64,000 bases of DNA from Obrimoposthia wandeli (GCA_977020255.1 CDROCS010004052.1:1-64000), one strand, 5' to 3'. Shown: positions 29,925-39,746, counted from the stretch's first letter. The notes: generated from the letters alone by a model not told the origin. Translations and numbers: made by a program.

Positions 29925-30326
29925 CTAAATTTTTTCAAGCACAGACTGCAGTTTTAAATATTGCACAAAGGGTAAAAAATCTTTATCTAAAAACAGTAGA
30001 GGGATATTGTTTTCTATACAAAAAGTGGCAATTATTACATCGTTTGTTTTTCTTATCGTAATACCTTGTTTCCTCAATTCACGAAAGTTATCAGCACATT
30101 TAATTGCCAGTTCTGTATTGAACATCTGGTATTGATCTAGCGTCAATAGTGTTGATTTCGCTTGTAAATAATCCTTCTCATTTCGAAAACCTTGTAGTAT
30201 TTCAAGAAAAATCAGATCACCGATTGCAACGGTTCCGTTTATTAATGCTAAATCTAAAGTGTCCGTATGCGGGTTAACCACTCCTTTGAAATAGTCGATC
30301 CACACACTGGTATCAACAAGTATCAA
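29925..30326 (-). CDS. vapC: VapC PIN-domain toxin
   Basis: ILVDTSVWIDYF, EILQG, TIRKTNDVIIA and DKDF acidic PIN residues. Confidence 0.92.
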   Translation of the reverse strand: MILVDTSVWIDYFKGVVNPHTDTLDLALINGTVAIGDLIFLEILQGFRNEKDYLQAKSTLLTLDQYQMFNTELAIKCADNFRELRKQGITIRKTNDVIIATFCIENNIPLLFLDKDFLPFVQYLKLQSVLEKI

Positions 30327-30518
30327 TTATTTGCCTCTCATTTCATCTAAGTCACCTTCCCAATCTAGCTTGCCACGCAGCTTTCGTACAGCTTGTTGCT
30401 TATTTCTAAGAACGATAAGTTTGAGCCCTTGTTCAACGAGCTCTTTTTTGGTATTTAGCCCGCTTGCCTTAAATGCTTGATCCATAAGTTGATCATCTAT
30501 TACTATATTGGTTCTCAT
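30327..30518 (-). CDS. vapB: VapB antitoxin (RHH, DUF2191-type)
   Basis: MRTNIVIDDQLM...TKKELVE.GL, immediately upstream of vapC. Confidence 0.9.
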   Translation of the reverse strand: MRTNIVIDDQLMDQAFKASGLNTKKELVEQGLKLIVLRNKQQAVRKLRGKLDWEGDLDEMRGK

Positions 30519-30532
30519 TTTTGCTCACCTAG

Positions 30533-30559
30533 TGTGTATTTTTTTAAACTATATACACA
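30533..30559. promoter_or_regulatory. Inverted repeat upstream of vapBC, likely autoregulatory operator
   Basis: TGTGTAT-N13-ATACACA directly upstream of the vapB start. Confidence 0.6.
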
Positions 30560-31066
30560 TCATTTTAATATGTAAGAAAAGCTATAACAAGTTTCTTACA
30601 CTGAAAATTAAATCGACTGCTCTCACCCATTTTTTAAACACCAAAAATCCTCGCCCTACAGCTTTTTGCTTTGTCAGGTATTTATACGCTCAATATTATC
30701 TAAACAGGTATAGCGAAGCATTGCGATGATGCGTAGAGCGAATGGGCTATGGATAGCTCTACCACGGCTGTTAATGCAGTAATAGCTGGAGTCTTTTGGT
30801 AATTTAATTGCAGGTGACCTTTTTATACTCCAATGAGCGATCCGTTTTTGTTCCCTATAAGACTAAGCACTTACATCTATATAAGAAATTAGCGTTGCCA
30901 CGGTGAAAAGCAAGAGGCTAATTTAGTGCGCTTTCTTTTGCCTTGGTTTCCAAAAGATGTGCTTTGAAGAAGACCCCGTCTATTGAAAATAGAATTCAAT
31001 GGTGCTTTATACTGCATAACTTATATAGGTAAAGCGCACTCTTAATTTGCTTTATAATAGAATATT

Positions 31067-31708
31067 TCAACTGCGGTTTGTCAGTAAGGTGACACCTGCA
31101 AAAGCGAAAAATGTACCAAGAACTCCTTGGATAGCACGGCGGGATTTACCGTAAAGTCGTACCATGGCAGGTGTTGAGAATGCGACGGCATAAAGAATGT
31201 GAATTGCAATTGACATCGCAAAGGTTCCAACTACGATGGCTACACCAACCCATAACGGAGCACCATCGTGCAAGCTCAAAGAAATAATGGCTATCCACGA
31301 TAGTGCTGCTTTTGGATTAGTCATTTGGATGAGATACCCACGTTTAAAATACCCGAATGGAGCACGTCGACCTCCTCTTAATTCTTTAGCCTCTATGTCG
31401 TGTGCGGATGTTGCGGACTTGAAAGACTTGTATGCAAGCCACAATAAATATATACCTCCGAAAATTTTGATCAACAATAGCGCCCAAGCGTAAGTTGCCA
31501 ATATAACCGACAAACCAGATATAGTCAGAAGCGCCCATGTAAACGAACCCGTAGCCACCCCCAATGCTAAAGATATTCCAGATTTTCGCCCTACTTCCAT
31601 TGATGTGCCTATCACTGCAAGGATATTGGGGCCGGGACTTGCAACACCCAATAAAAAAGCTGAATACGCGAGAAGAATGCCCGGAAGATAGAGAGTAAAG
31701 TCTTGCAT
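31067..31708 (-). CDS. LysE/RhtB family translocator
   Basis: SPGPN, GGIYLLWLAY and QMTNPKA motifs; six TM. Confidence 0.9.
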   Translation of the reverse strand: MQDFTLYLPGILLAYSAFLLGVASPGPNILAVIGTSMEVGRKSGISLALGVATGSFTWALLTISGLSVILATYAWALLLIKIFGGIYLLWLAYKSFKSATSAHDIEAKELRGGRRAPFGYFKRGYLIQMTNPKAALSWIAIISLSLHDGAPLWVGVAIVVGTFAMSIAIHILYAVAFSTPAMVRLYGKSRRAIQGVLGTFFAFAGVTLLTNRS

Positions 31709-31992
31709 AGTATGCTCCTAAGAAATAATACGTCTCGTATTTTTATCTGTTTCAGTTCAACCGTAATGGCGATTGAAGCTCAATGAGTATCGCTAGCTTT
31801 AACCGCTCAAAGCAAGCTGTCTAGCCTATAGAGCTGCATATTAACTAGTTTACCTATGCTTAAGATGGAAGGAAAATTTCTATTTTTTGAAAATTACATA
31901 TATTTTATAAGTCACATATTTCTTAAAATCTAAATTTGTGTTGAGCACCGCGCCAAAAAATTTTGTGCTTTGGTTAATAAAATCAATTATCC

Positions 31993-32019
31993 GCGCTCAG
32001 CCAATACAGAACTGAGCGC
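31993..32019 (-). terminator. Hairpin downstream of the aldehyde dehydrogenase gene
   Basis: GCGCTCAG-N11-CTGAGCGC, 17 nt after the stop codon. Confidence 0.5.
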
Positions 32020-32036
32020 ATTAATTTTCTGTGGGG

Positions 32037-33527
32037 TTATCCCAACTTTATCCAGGTAGTTTTCAGCTGAGTAAATTTATCCAAAGCGTGTAGAGATAAA
32101 TCTCTGCCAAAACCAGACTGCTTGTAGCCGCCAAATGGCGTACTAAAATCCAGTGCATCCATGGTATTAATTGAGACCGTCCCCGCTTTTAAACGCTTAC
32201 TAACACGGTGCGCACGATTAATATTAGTGGTCCATATAGAGGCAGCTAAGCCGTAGATTGAATCGTTGGCAATGCTCACAGCTTGTTCTTCACTATCAAA
32301 GCCTATCACCGCTGCTACTGGGCCGAACACTTCTTCGCGAGCTATCGTCATATCGCTGCTTACATCACTAAATATAGTCGGTGTAACGACAGCATCATCT
32401 GTTGATGTAACACCGCCTGTTAATAATGTTGCGCCCTCACGCTGTGCGTTTTCAATACAAGCACGTACATTTTTCGCGTGGTTTACATCAATCAATGCAC
32501 CGACTTGAGTGTCAAACTCTAGCGGGTCTCCTACTTTCATACTTTGCGCTTTGGCGACAAACTTCTCTAAAAACGCTGCTTTGATGCTATTTTCAACGAG
32601 CACCCGCGAATTGGCCGAACACACCTCCCCTTGATTAAAGAATATCCCCATCGTCGCGTGTTCAACAGCGGCGTCTAAATCGCAATCTGCAAAAATTAAA
32701 TTTGGACTTTTACCACCGGTTTCTGGCCATACTTGTTTCATGTTTGACTCCCCCGAGTAAGCCATAAACAATTTGCCGACCTCGGTTGATCCAGTAAACG
32801 CTAAGCAATCCACATCATTGTGTAACCCCAGCGCTTTACCGACGATTTGACCATGCCCTGTGACGACATTGAGCACCCCATCAGGCAAGCCTGCTTGCTT
32901 TGCTAATTCCGCTAATTTAAGTGCCGTTAACGGCGATTGCTCAGCGGGTTTTAATACCACTGAATTACCGCTAATTAAAGCAGGTGCGAGCTTCCACGCG
33001 GCAATATCTAACGGGAAATTCCAAGGAACCACGGCTGCAACCACCCCAACCGGTTCGCGAGTAATAGTCGCTATGTTGTTATTATCTGTAGGAGCGACTT
33101 CCCCATACAGCTTATCAATAGCCTCTGCGTACCACTCAAAGCAACCAGCAGAACCAGGAATATCTACATTCAACGCATCTTGAATTGGCTTACCAACATT
33201 TAGGCTCTCTAGTAACGCTAACTCCTCTATATTATCCATGATCAGCACTGCGAGCTTTTTCATCACAGCTTTGCGCATCGCTGGTGCTAAATCTGCCCAA
33301 ACACCACTTTCAAAGCTGCTGCGAGCGGCATCAACCGCACGATCTACATCGTCTGTAGTGCACGCCGCTGTTGCTGTTAATAACTCACCGGTCGCTGGGT
33401 TGATTGTCTCATATGTGCCACCATCGCTGGCATCGCAAAATTCACCTGCAATAAAGGCTTGTGATTGCAGCGCCAAGTTCGCCTGTTTTGCTAGCCAGTA
33501 AGCTCTGTCTTGATTGGTCATATTCAT
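32037..33527 (-). CDS. NAD-dependent aldehyde dehydrogenase, PuuC/HinD-like (candidate imidazole-acetaldehyde dehydrogenase)
   Basis: VVPWNFP, LKPAEQSP, FTGSTEVG, catalytic ETGGKSP and NQGEVC, EEVFGPV and PFGGYKQSGFGRD motifs. Confidence 0.9.
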   Translation of the reverse strand: MNMTNQDRAYWLAKQANLALQSQAFIAGEFCDASDGGTYETINPATGELLTATAACTTDDVDRAVDAARSSFESGVWADLAPAMRKAVMKKLAVLIMDNIEELALLESLNVGKPIQDALNVDIPGSAGCFEWYAEAIDKLYGEVAPTDNNNIATITREPVGVVAAVVPWNFPLDIAAWKLAPALISGNSVVLKPAEQSPLTALKLAELAKQAGLPDGVLNVVTGHGQIVGKALGLHNDVDCLAFTGSTEVGKLFMAYSGESNMKQVWPETGGKSPNLIFADCDLDAAVEHATMGIFFNQGEVCSANSRVLVENSIKAAFLEKFVAKAQSMKVGDPLEFDTQVGALIDVNHAKNVRACIENAQREGATLLTGGVTSTDDAVVTPTIFSDVSSDMTIAREEVFGPVAAVIGFDSEEQAVSIANDSIYGLAASIWTTNINRAHRVSKRLKAGTVSINTMDALDFSTPFGGYKQSGFGRDLSLHALDKFTQLKTTWIKLG

Positions 33528-33545
33528 TTCCTTTATTTTTATTTG

Positions 33546-35426
33546 TTAGACGGCGTTGCTATGAACCGCATTAGTGCGAACTCGCCTCGGGGCCGTCATA
33601 TTTTCTACACTGAGAATATCTTCAAGCGCTTCAGGGGTTAGTAAGCCCTCTAGCAAGACTAAATCTCGCACACTGTGATTCCCCTCTATTGCTTGTTTAG
33701 CCAATCGAGTTGCATTGTCATATCCGATGTAAGGATTCAGTGCCGTGATAATTCCTATGCTGTTGTTCACCATTTTCAAGCAGTGCTCGCGATTAGCACT
33801 AATCCCTTTAATGCACTTGCTCGCAAGGGTTTCTATTGCTCTTGTTTGCAAGCGCAACGACTGTAATACATTAAATGCGATCACAGGTTCCATCACATTT
33901 AACTGCAACTGTCCCGCCTCTGCTGCCATTGTTATCGCAATGTCATTACCTATCACTTGAAACGCTACTTGGTTAACCATTTCAGGAATCACAGGGTTCA
34001 CTTTACCCGGCATTATTGAGCTACCTGGCTGCATTGCTGGTAAATTAATCTCTCGAAAGCCTGCGCGCGGGCCACTTGAAAGCAAGCGTAAGTCATTACA
34101 TATTTTTGATAACTTCACCGCATTGCGTTTAAGCACGCTTGAGAAGGTCACAAATGCGCCCATATCAGAGGTGGCTTCTATTAAGTTTTTGGCAGCAACC
34201 ATCTCTTTGCCACTAATTTGGCACAACTCTTCAATCACCAAAGATGAGTATTCAGGATCTGTATTTATCCCCGTACCTATCGCCGTGGCTCCCATATTTA
34301 TTTCACGAAAATACTGCACAACATCTTTTGCTTCTTGAATATCTTCTTTTACTGTGGAGTACCAAGCATCAAACTCTTGGCCTAATGTAATCGGCACTGC
34401 ATCTTGTAGCTGTGTACGACCCATTTTGACAACAGAGCAAAACTCCACCGCTTTTTGTTTAAACTGGTAACACAGTGCTGATAACGCACTCACGTATTCT
34501 TGATGACTAAGTAAAATACTCAGGCGAATAGCGGTAGGGTAAGCATCGTTGGTCGATTGCGATAAGTTGACATGGTTATTAGGGTGTAAATGTTGATAAT
34601 CTGCCCGCCGGTGGCCAAGAATTTCTAACGCGCGATTAGCAATCACTTCGTTCGCGTTCATATTGGTCGAAGTGCCTGCCCCTCCTTGAATCACATCGAC
34701 AACAAAATGAGAGTGCCATTCACCTGCGATAATTTCATCGCACGCTTGGTCAATAGCTGCTGCTTTAGGCGGCTCCAATATACCGAGTTTACAGTTGGCT
34801 TTTGCCGCGGCTTTTTTCACCATAGCCAATGCATTCACTAGCTGAGGAAAATGTTTAAGCTTGATTCCTGTAATTGCAAAATTTTCAGTAGCACGTAACG
34901 TTTGTATACCGTACAACGCACTATTAGGGACTTCTCGCTCACCGAGTAAGTCTTTTTCGATGCGAACCGTCTCTGTGCGCGGTACATTTTTATGACAGCG
35001 CTGACGGTTCATTTCTAAGTGTAGTAGCCATGCTGCAAGCACTGCCGTGCGATCTGATAACAGCATCCACTGCTCAAGAGAGCAGCGCTCTATCTGTAAT
35101 AAAACCAGCTCAGACAACGCCTGGTATTGAACACGAATGTCTGAATTTTCTTCATCATTATGGGACTCAGTTATCGGTTTAGTTGTCGTTTTAATTAGCA
35201 ACAGCGGGTTGCACAATGCAGGGGCTTCAATGACTAACTCAGTCAAATGGGTGAAGGCTATAGTCCCTTGTATTAACACCGTTAATTTTTGCGGATGACT
35301 CACAAAAGTGCAACCTTTAGAGAGCGGCTCTAGCTGGCATATGTCTAACAACGTGTTCCATTCGGTATCTTTCAAGTGGGTGCATTTAAGCACCGCTTTA
35401 ATTAATTTCTTATTATTGGCAATCAT
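33546..35426 (-). CDS. aspA: Aspartate ammonia-lyase with an N-terminal extension of about 150 aa (HinI-like)
   Basis: RIEKDLLG, YGIQTLRA, QGGAGTSTNMNANEV, KMGRTQLQDAVP and signature GSSIMPGKVNP. Start ATG 35426 (SD AAGAGAAG). Confidence 0.9.
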   Translation of the reverse strand: MIANNKKLIKAVLKCTHLKDTEWNTLLDICQLEPLSKGCTFVSHPQKLTVLIQGTIAFTHLTELVIEAPALCNPLLLIKTTTKPITESHNDEENSDIRVQYQALSELVLLQIERCSLEQWMLLSDRTAVLAAWLLHLEMNRQRCHKNVPRTETVRIEKDLLGEREVPNSALYGIQTLRATENFAITGIKLKHFPQLVNALAMVKKAAAKANCKLGILEPPKAAAIDQACDEIIAGEWHSHFVVDVIQGGAGTSTNMNANEVIANRALEILGHRRADYQHLHPNNHVNLSQSTNDAYPTAIRLSILLSHQEYVSALSALCYQFKQKAVEFCSVVKMGRTQLQDAVPITLGQEFDAWYSTVKEDIQEAKDVVQYFREINMGATAIGTGINTDPEYSSLVIEELCQISGKEMVAAKNLIEATSDMGAFVTFSSVLKRNAVKLSKICNDLRLLSSGPRAGFREINLPAMQPGSSIMPGKVNPVIPEMVNQVAFQVIGNDIAITMAAEAGQLQLNVMEPVIAFNVLQSLRLQTRAIETLASKCIKGISANREHCLKMVNNSIGIITALNPYIGYDNATRLAKQAIEGNHSVRDLVLLEGLLTPEALEDILSVENMTAPRRVRTNAVHSNAV

Positions 35427-35562
35427 TTCGCTTCTCTTACACCTAGTGGTGTATTGATACGGTTGAAAAGAGCGCACTAAATTTCATTGCCATCACCCAA
35501 AATGGTTATCACTCAACTGCTGGTATTCAGGTGATAGTCAATAAAGTCAGTGGCGCACCCTC

Positions 35563-35630
35563 AGCCTAAGAAGTGACGTTGCATATGTAAAATATTATAA
35601 ATATGTCATATGCATCAGTTTTTTTAATGC
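35563..35630 (-). promoter_or_regulatory. LysR box + sigma70 promoter B of the hin-like regulon
   Basis: 19-mer GCATCAGTTTTTTTAATGC (35612-35630). On the minus strand: 14 nt, TAATATTTTAC (35597-35587); -35 TTTACA, 17 nt, -10 TAGGCT (35568-35563). Confidence 0.7.
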
Positions 35631-35800
35631 AAAAAAATAAACAGAGCCAGTGCCCCGTGTTTCTGAGGGCTTGGCACTTTTATAACGCACTTTTAATGCA
35701 ATTTTTTAACGATTTTCTACCAAGCAACTCCGCAATAAGACCTAACTGGATAATCAAACACCTAGCTGCCACCGCTTAATTCAAACGGCGATGAACTTTA

Positions 35801-36778
35801 TCAAAGATCTTTATCAACTGGTTTTGTATCAACAGGATCCAAATGTTTATAAAATCGCTGATCAGTAAACACTGATTTCGCCAATTCAGCGGCCCTCTCT
35901 TTCAAGGTTTTAATGAATGCATCTGCGATTGGGGTCAACCGAAAGCGCGATATTTTAGCGACACCTAAGCGTAGTGGACGCAGCTTACCACGCAGTGGAA
36001 TAGCGACTATTTCACTGCCATCTAGCGCTAAGTTATTTGCCAGTGGTGTGTTAAACAACGAATAACCAAACCCATTAGCAACCAAGCCACGCACCATCGC
36101 TAAAGATTGCGCACGATAGGCAAAATTCGGTTCTAAATCTTGGCTTAAAAATAACGAAAAGAAATATTCACGGCTCATTGGCCAGTCTAATAGCACCATC
36201 GGATACTGAGCTAATTCATCCAGTGACAGCTCTTCGCAGTGCGCCAGTGGGTGGTCTTTAGCTAACACCGCATAAGGGGGAAACTCAATAACCGGCTCAA
36301 ATTCAATGTCTGTCGGTAACTGTAAATCATAGGTTAACGCCAACTCGTAACGCCCATCCATCAAGCTTTGAATAATATCTTTTTGGTGGCTTTCATCACA
36401 CTGAATATCGACACCTGGATAGGTGTCGATAAACTTCTTCATCAACGATGGCAGTAAAATTGGAGTGAAAGTAGGGAAGCTTACAATACGTAAAGAGCCG
36501 GCAATATCTTCCCCTAAGCTAGTGGCGTATTGACCTAAGCTCTCTGCATCGAGCAGGAGTTGTTTCGACTTAAGAATAAACTGGCGTCCAGCAGGTGTGA
36601 GTGACAACCCTTGTGCATGATGCCTTACAAACAGCTGTAAACCAGTGGCTTGCTCTAAGTGTAAAATGGCAGAAGAAATTGACGGTTGAGACACATAGAG
36701 CTCCTCAGCCGCACGCGTAACACTGCTGTGCTCCCCGGCTTTAACAAAATAGCGTAAATGTTTTAATGTGAAGTGCAT
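35801..36778 (-). CDS. LysR family regulator, HinK-like
   Basis: HTH LRYFV...YVSQPSISSAI..LE...LFVRHHAQGLSLTPAG; divergent from the monooxygenase operon. Confidence 0.9.
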   Translation of the reverse strand: MHFTLKHLRYFVKAGEHSSVTRAAEELYVSQPSISSAILHLEQATGLQLFVRHHAQGLSLTPAGRQFILKSKQLLLDAESLGQYATSLGEDIAGSLRIVSFPTFTPILLPSLMKKFIDTYPGVDIQCDESHQKDIIQSLMDGRYELALTYDLQLPTDIEFEPVIEFPPYAVLAKDHPLAHCEELSLDELAQYPMVLLDWPMSREYFFSLFLSQDLEPNFAYRAQSLAMVRGLVANGFGYSLFNTPLANNLALDGSEIVAIPLRGKLRPLRLGVAKISRFRLTPIADAFIKTLKERAAELAKSVFTDQRFYKHLDPVDTKPVDKDL

Positions 36779-36926
36779 AATAAAATCTCAGGTTATAACC
36801 AGCACTCTGATGAGCGCCTGCATTAATAATTATTTACTAAAAACCATACTAGATTCGAAATAATAATTCAAAGGCCATCAAAAATCATTCGTGTCCCTGT
36901 CAATCTTCACACTTATATTTTCCTCT

Positions 36927-36994
36927 GCATAGTTTTTTATAATCCTTTTGCTCAGTTAATAATATTTTACCAATCCAGAGAGTTTTTCTACTCT
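36927..36994 (+). promoter_or_regulatory. LysR box + sigma70 promoter C of the hin-like regulon
   Basis: GCATAGTTTTTTATAATCC (36927-36945), 14 nt, TAATATTTTAC (36960-36970); -35 TTTACC, 17 nt, -10 TACTCT. Confidence 0.75.
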
Positions 36995-37134
36995 GATCCA
37001 TCTGACCTAGCAGGGAATGTGCAGCGTTGCTCTAATATGCGCAAACATCAGCGGCCAAGTTTTCACTGGCGCACATTCAAGAGGTCTGATCCAGCTCTCA
37101 TTGAGAGACAGAACAACTAAAACAGGATAAAAAC

Positions 37135-38385
37135 ATGACAGTTGAAAACATAGACACTTTGGTAATTGGAGCTGGGCAAGCTGGCGTCGCTATGAGTGAA
37201 CACTTAAGCAAGTTACAAGTACCTCATATCGTATTAGAGCGCGATCGCATTGCCGAGCGCTGGCGCACTGGCCGCTGGGATTCGCTAGTCGCCAATGGAC
37301 CCGCTTGGCACGACCGCTTCCCCGGTTTAGAGTTTGAGGGGGTTGATGATAATGCCTTTGCACCAAAAGAGCGTGTAGCAGACTATTTTGTAGAATACGC
37401 CAAAAAATTTAAAGCACCCATACGCACCGGGGTTGCTGTGATAAAAGTACAGCGCAATGCTAACCAAGCGGGCTTCACGGTAGAGACATCTCAAGGGGTG
37501 ATCAACGCCCAGCGCGTCGTCGCGGCAACCGGACCTTTTCAACGCCCTATTATCCCGGCAATTGCACCGCAAGATGATCGTTTGCATCAAATACACTCTG
37601 CTGATTATCGCAACCCAGAACAACTGCCTGAAGGTGGGGTAATGGTTATCGGTGCAGGATCTTCCGGTGTGCAAATTGCCGATGAGCTGCGCCGCTCTGG
37701 TCGAGAAGTGCATTTATCTGTTGGCCCTCATGATCGCCCCCCTCGCAGTTATCGCAACCGAGATTTTGTCTGGTGGTTAGGTGTATTAGGCGAGTGGGAT
37801 GCAGCGGCCATGAAGCCCGGTACTGAGCATGTCACTATCGCTGTTAGTGGTGCTCACGGTGGACACACTATCGATTTTAGAAACCTTGCAAATCAAGGGA
37901 TCAACTTAGTCGGGCACACCGACTCATTTAACAATGGCGTGGTTAAGTTTCAGGGTGATTTAGTAGATAACATCAACCGTGGTGATGAAAACTATAACAG
38001 CCTACTCGATGCCGCAGATGCTTACATTGAGCGCAACGGTTTGGATCTTCCACTGGAGCCACAGGCACGCCAAACTTACACTGACGCTGAATGCATCAGT
38101 AATCCAATTCGTGAGCTAAACCTTGAAGCCGCCGGAATAAATAGCATTATTTGGGCGACGGGATTTGCACTAGATTACAGCTGGATGCAAGTAGATGCCT
38201 TTGATGATAAAGGTAAACCCGCTCACCAACGCGGTGTCTCAACTGAATCTGGTATCTATTTTATTGGCTTGCCTTGGCAGTCACGTCGCGGCTCATCATT
38301 TATCTGGGGAGTATGGCACGATGCAAAGTACGTAGCGGATCATATCCAAACCCAGCGCACTTATTTAGCTTACACAGATGCCTAA
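37135..38385 (+). CDS. Flavin-dependent monooxygenase (FMO-like), HinF-like (candidate imidazole-acetate monooxygenase)
   Basis: FAD motif VIGAGQAG, IHSADYRNP, NADPH motif VIGAGSSGVQIA and IIWATGF. Confidence 0.85.
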   Translation: MTVENIDTLVIGAGQAGVAMSEHLSKLQVPHIVLERDRIAERWRTGRWDSLVANGPAWHDRFPGLEFEGVDDNAFAPKERVADYFVEYAKKFKAPIRTGVAVIKVQRNANQAGFTVETSQGVINAQRVVAATGPFQRPIIPAIAPQDDRLHQIHSADYRNPEQLPEGGVMVIGAGSSGVQIADELRRSGREVHLSVGPHDRPPRSYRNRDFVWWLGVLGEWDAAAMKPGTEHVTIAVSGAHGGHTIDFRNLANQGINLVGHTDSFNNGVVKFQGDLVDNINRGDENYNSLLDAADAYIERNGLDLPLEPQARQTYTDAECISNPIRELNLEAAGINSIIWATGFALDYSWMQVDAFDDKGKPAHQRGVSTESGIYFIGLPWQSRRGSSFIWGVWHDAKYVADHIQTQRTYLAYTDA

Positions 38386-38458
38386 TTTCTTCACCTTAAA
38401 TAGATGTTCTTTATAAGTAGTGCTCGCGCTGCTTTATTTTCCCAATTCGGAGTGATAA

Positions 38459-38872
38459 ATGCCAACACATACCCGTATCCGCATGTTTAATACCAAAGAA
38501 ACCTACCCAAACCAAAATTTAGATAATGACCTATGCCAAGCAGTGCGCGCCGGTAATACCGTTTACGTGCGCGGCCAAGTTGGCACTGATTTTGATGGCA
38601 ATTTAGTCGGCCTTGGCGATCCTGGCGCCCAAGCAGAACAAGCCATGAAAAACGTTAAACAGCTCTTAGAAGAGGCGGGATCTGACATAAGCCATGTTGT
38701 CAAAACCACCACCTATATCACAGATCCACGCTATCGCGAGGATGTGTATCGTGAAACCGGCAAATGGTTTAAAGGGGTTTACCCAATCTCCACTGGCATT
38801 GTAGTACAAGCACTGGCACAGCCGCAGTGGTTGATGGAAATAGACATCATCGCCGTTATTCCAGATAAGTAA
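38459..38872 (+). CDS. RidA/YjgF family enamine deaminase, HinL-like
   Basis: VYVRGQVG, QAEQAMKNV, STGIVVQALA and LMEIDIIA motifs. Confidence 0.9.
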   Translation: MPTHTRIRMFNTKETYPNQNLDNDLCQAVRAGNTVYVRGQVGTDFDGNLVGLGDPGAQAEQAMKNVKQLLEEAGSDISHVVKTTTYITDPRYREDVYRETGKWFKGVYPISTGIVVQALAQPQWLMEIDIIAVIPDK

Positions 38873-38897
38873 ACCCAGCGTATTTTTAGGAGTCACT

Positions 38898-39569
38898 ATG
38901 ACATTTTCAGTTGCAGGCGTATGTCCCGATACAGGCATGGTGGGTTGTGCGATTACCTCATCGAGCATTTGCGTAACCAGCCGCTGTGCATTCACTCGCG
39001 CTAATACCGGCGTTGCACTCACTCAAAATATAACCAACCCAGATTTAGGCCCGCTGGCACTCGATTTAATGCAGCAAGGACAAAGCAGTGCGCAAATTAT
39101 GCAGGCATTAGCCAGCGCCGATAGCGACGTACAGTGGCGTCAACTAGGGATCTTAGCTCTGGATGGCCAAAGCAGCACCTTTAGCGGAGCACAAGCATTG
39201 GGTATACACGCCACTGCCAGTGGCAAAAATTGCATCGCTATGGGTAACTTATTGGCAAACGAGCAAGTGCCTCAAGCCATGATAGACAGTTTTGAAAACA
39301 GCCGTGGTCATCTCGCTGAGCGCTTAATTAGCGCACTGCATGCGGGCAAAAAAGCCGGTGGTGAGCTAGGCCCTATTCACTCAGCGGGTATTAACGTAAA
39401 CGCCCAAGCCGATTGGCCAGTGGTCGACTTGCGCGTAGATTGGCACGAACAACCCATCGATCAATTGACACAATTATGGGCCTTATACGAGCCGCAAATG
39501 CAGGCATATATCACCCGTGCCACGGACCCTGCCAATGCCGAATCTTACGGCGTACCCGGCGACGAATAG
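38898..39569 (+). CDS. DUF1028 Ntn-hydrolase-fold protein (hin pathway hydrolase homologue)
   Basis: N-terminal nucleophile start MTFSV; TQNITNP, RQLG, GNLLAN, DLRVDWH and PSYGVPGDE-like terminus (AESYGVPGDE). Confidence 0.85.
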   Translation: MTFSVAGVCPDTGMVGCAITSSSICVTSRCAFTRANTGVALTQNITNPDLGPLALDLMQQGQSSAQIMQALASADSDVQWRQLGILALDGQSSTFSGAQALGIHATASGKNCIAMGNLLANEQVPQAMIDSFENSRGHLAERLISALHAGKKAGGELGPIHSAGINVNAQADWPVVDLRVDWHEQPIDQLTQLWALYEPQMQAYITRATDPANAESYGVPGDE

Positions 39570-39590
39570 CAACTCAAAAACTAAATAATA

Positions 39591-39629
39591 GAGTGTAGTC
39601 GCTCTGATATTCGCAGCAGCACTACACTC
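39591..39629 (+). terminator. Hairpin after the DUF1028 gene
   Basis: GAGTGTAGT...ACTACACTC, 9-bp inverted repeat. Confidence 0.45.
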
Positions 39630-39678
39630 AAAGCTCCTAACAGGCTGTTTTATAGGTAACTATTTAAAGGCGCCATTT

Positions 39679-39746
39679 GGATAAGTTTTATCTATCCCAA
39701 AAGCACGATTTTAATATTTTACTAATACGCAGCAAAACCCTAACGT
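39679..39746 (+). promoter_or_regulatory. LysR box + sigma70 promoter D of the hin-like regulon
   Basis: GGATAAGTTTTATCTATCC (39679-39697), 14 nt, TAATATTTTAC (39712-39722); -35 TTTACT, 17 nt, -10 TAACGT. Confidence 0.7.

Noticed and set aside
25678-30745. Similar AGCA(T)TGCGATGA(A/T)GCG(C/T)AG sequences near 25678 and 30717
   Set aside because: Only two short, imperfect copies; not enough to call a repeat family or element ends.
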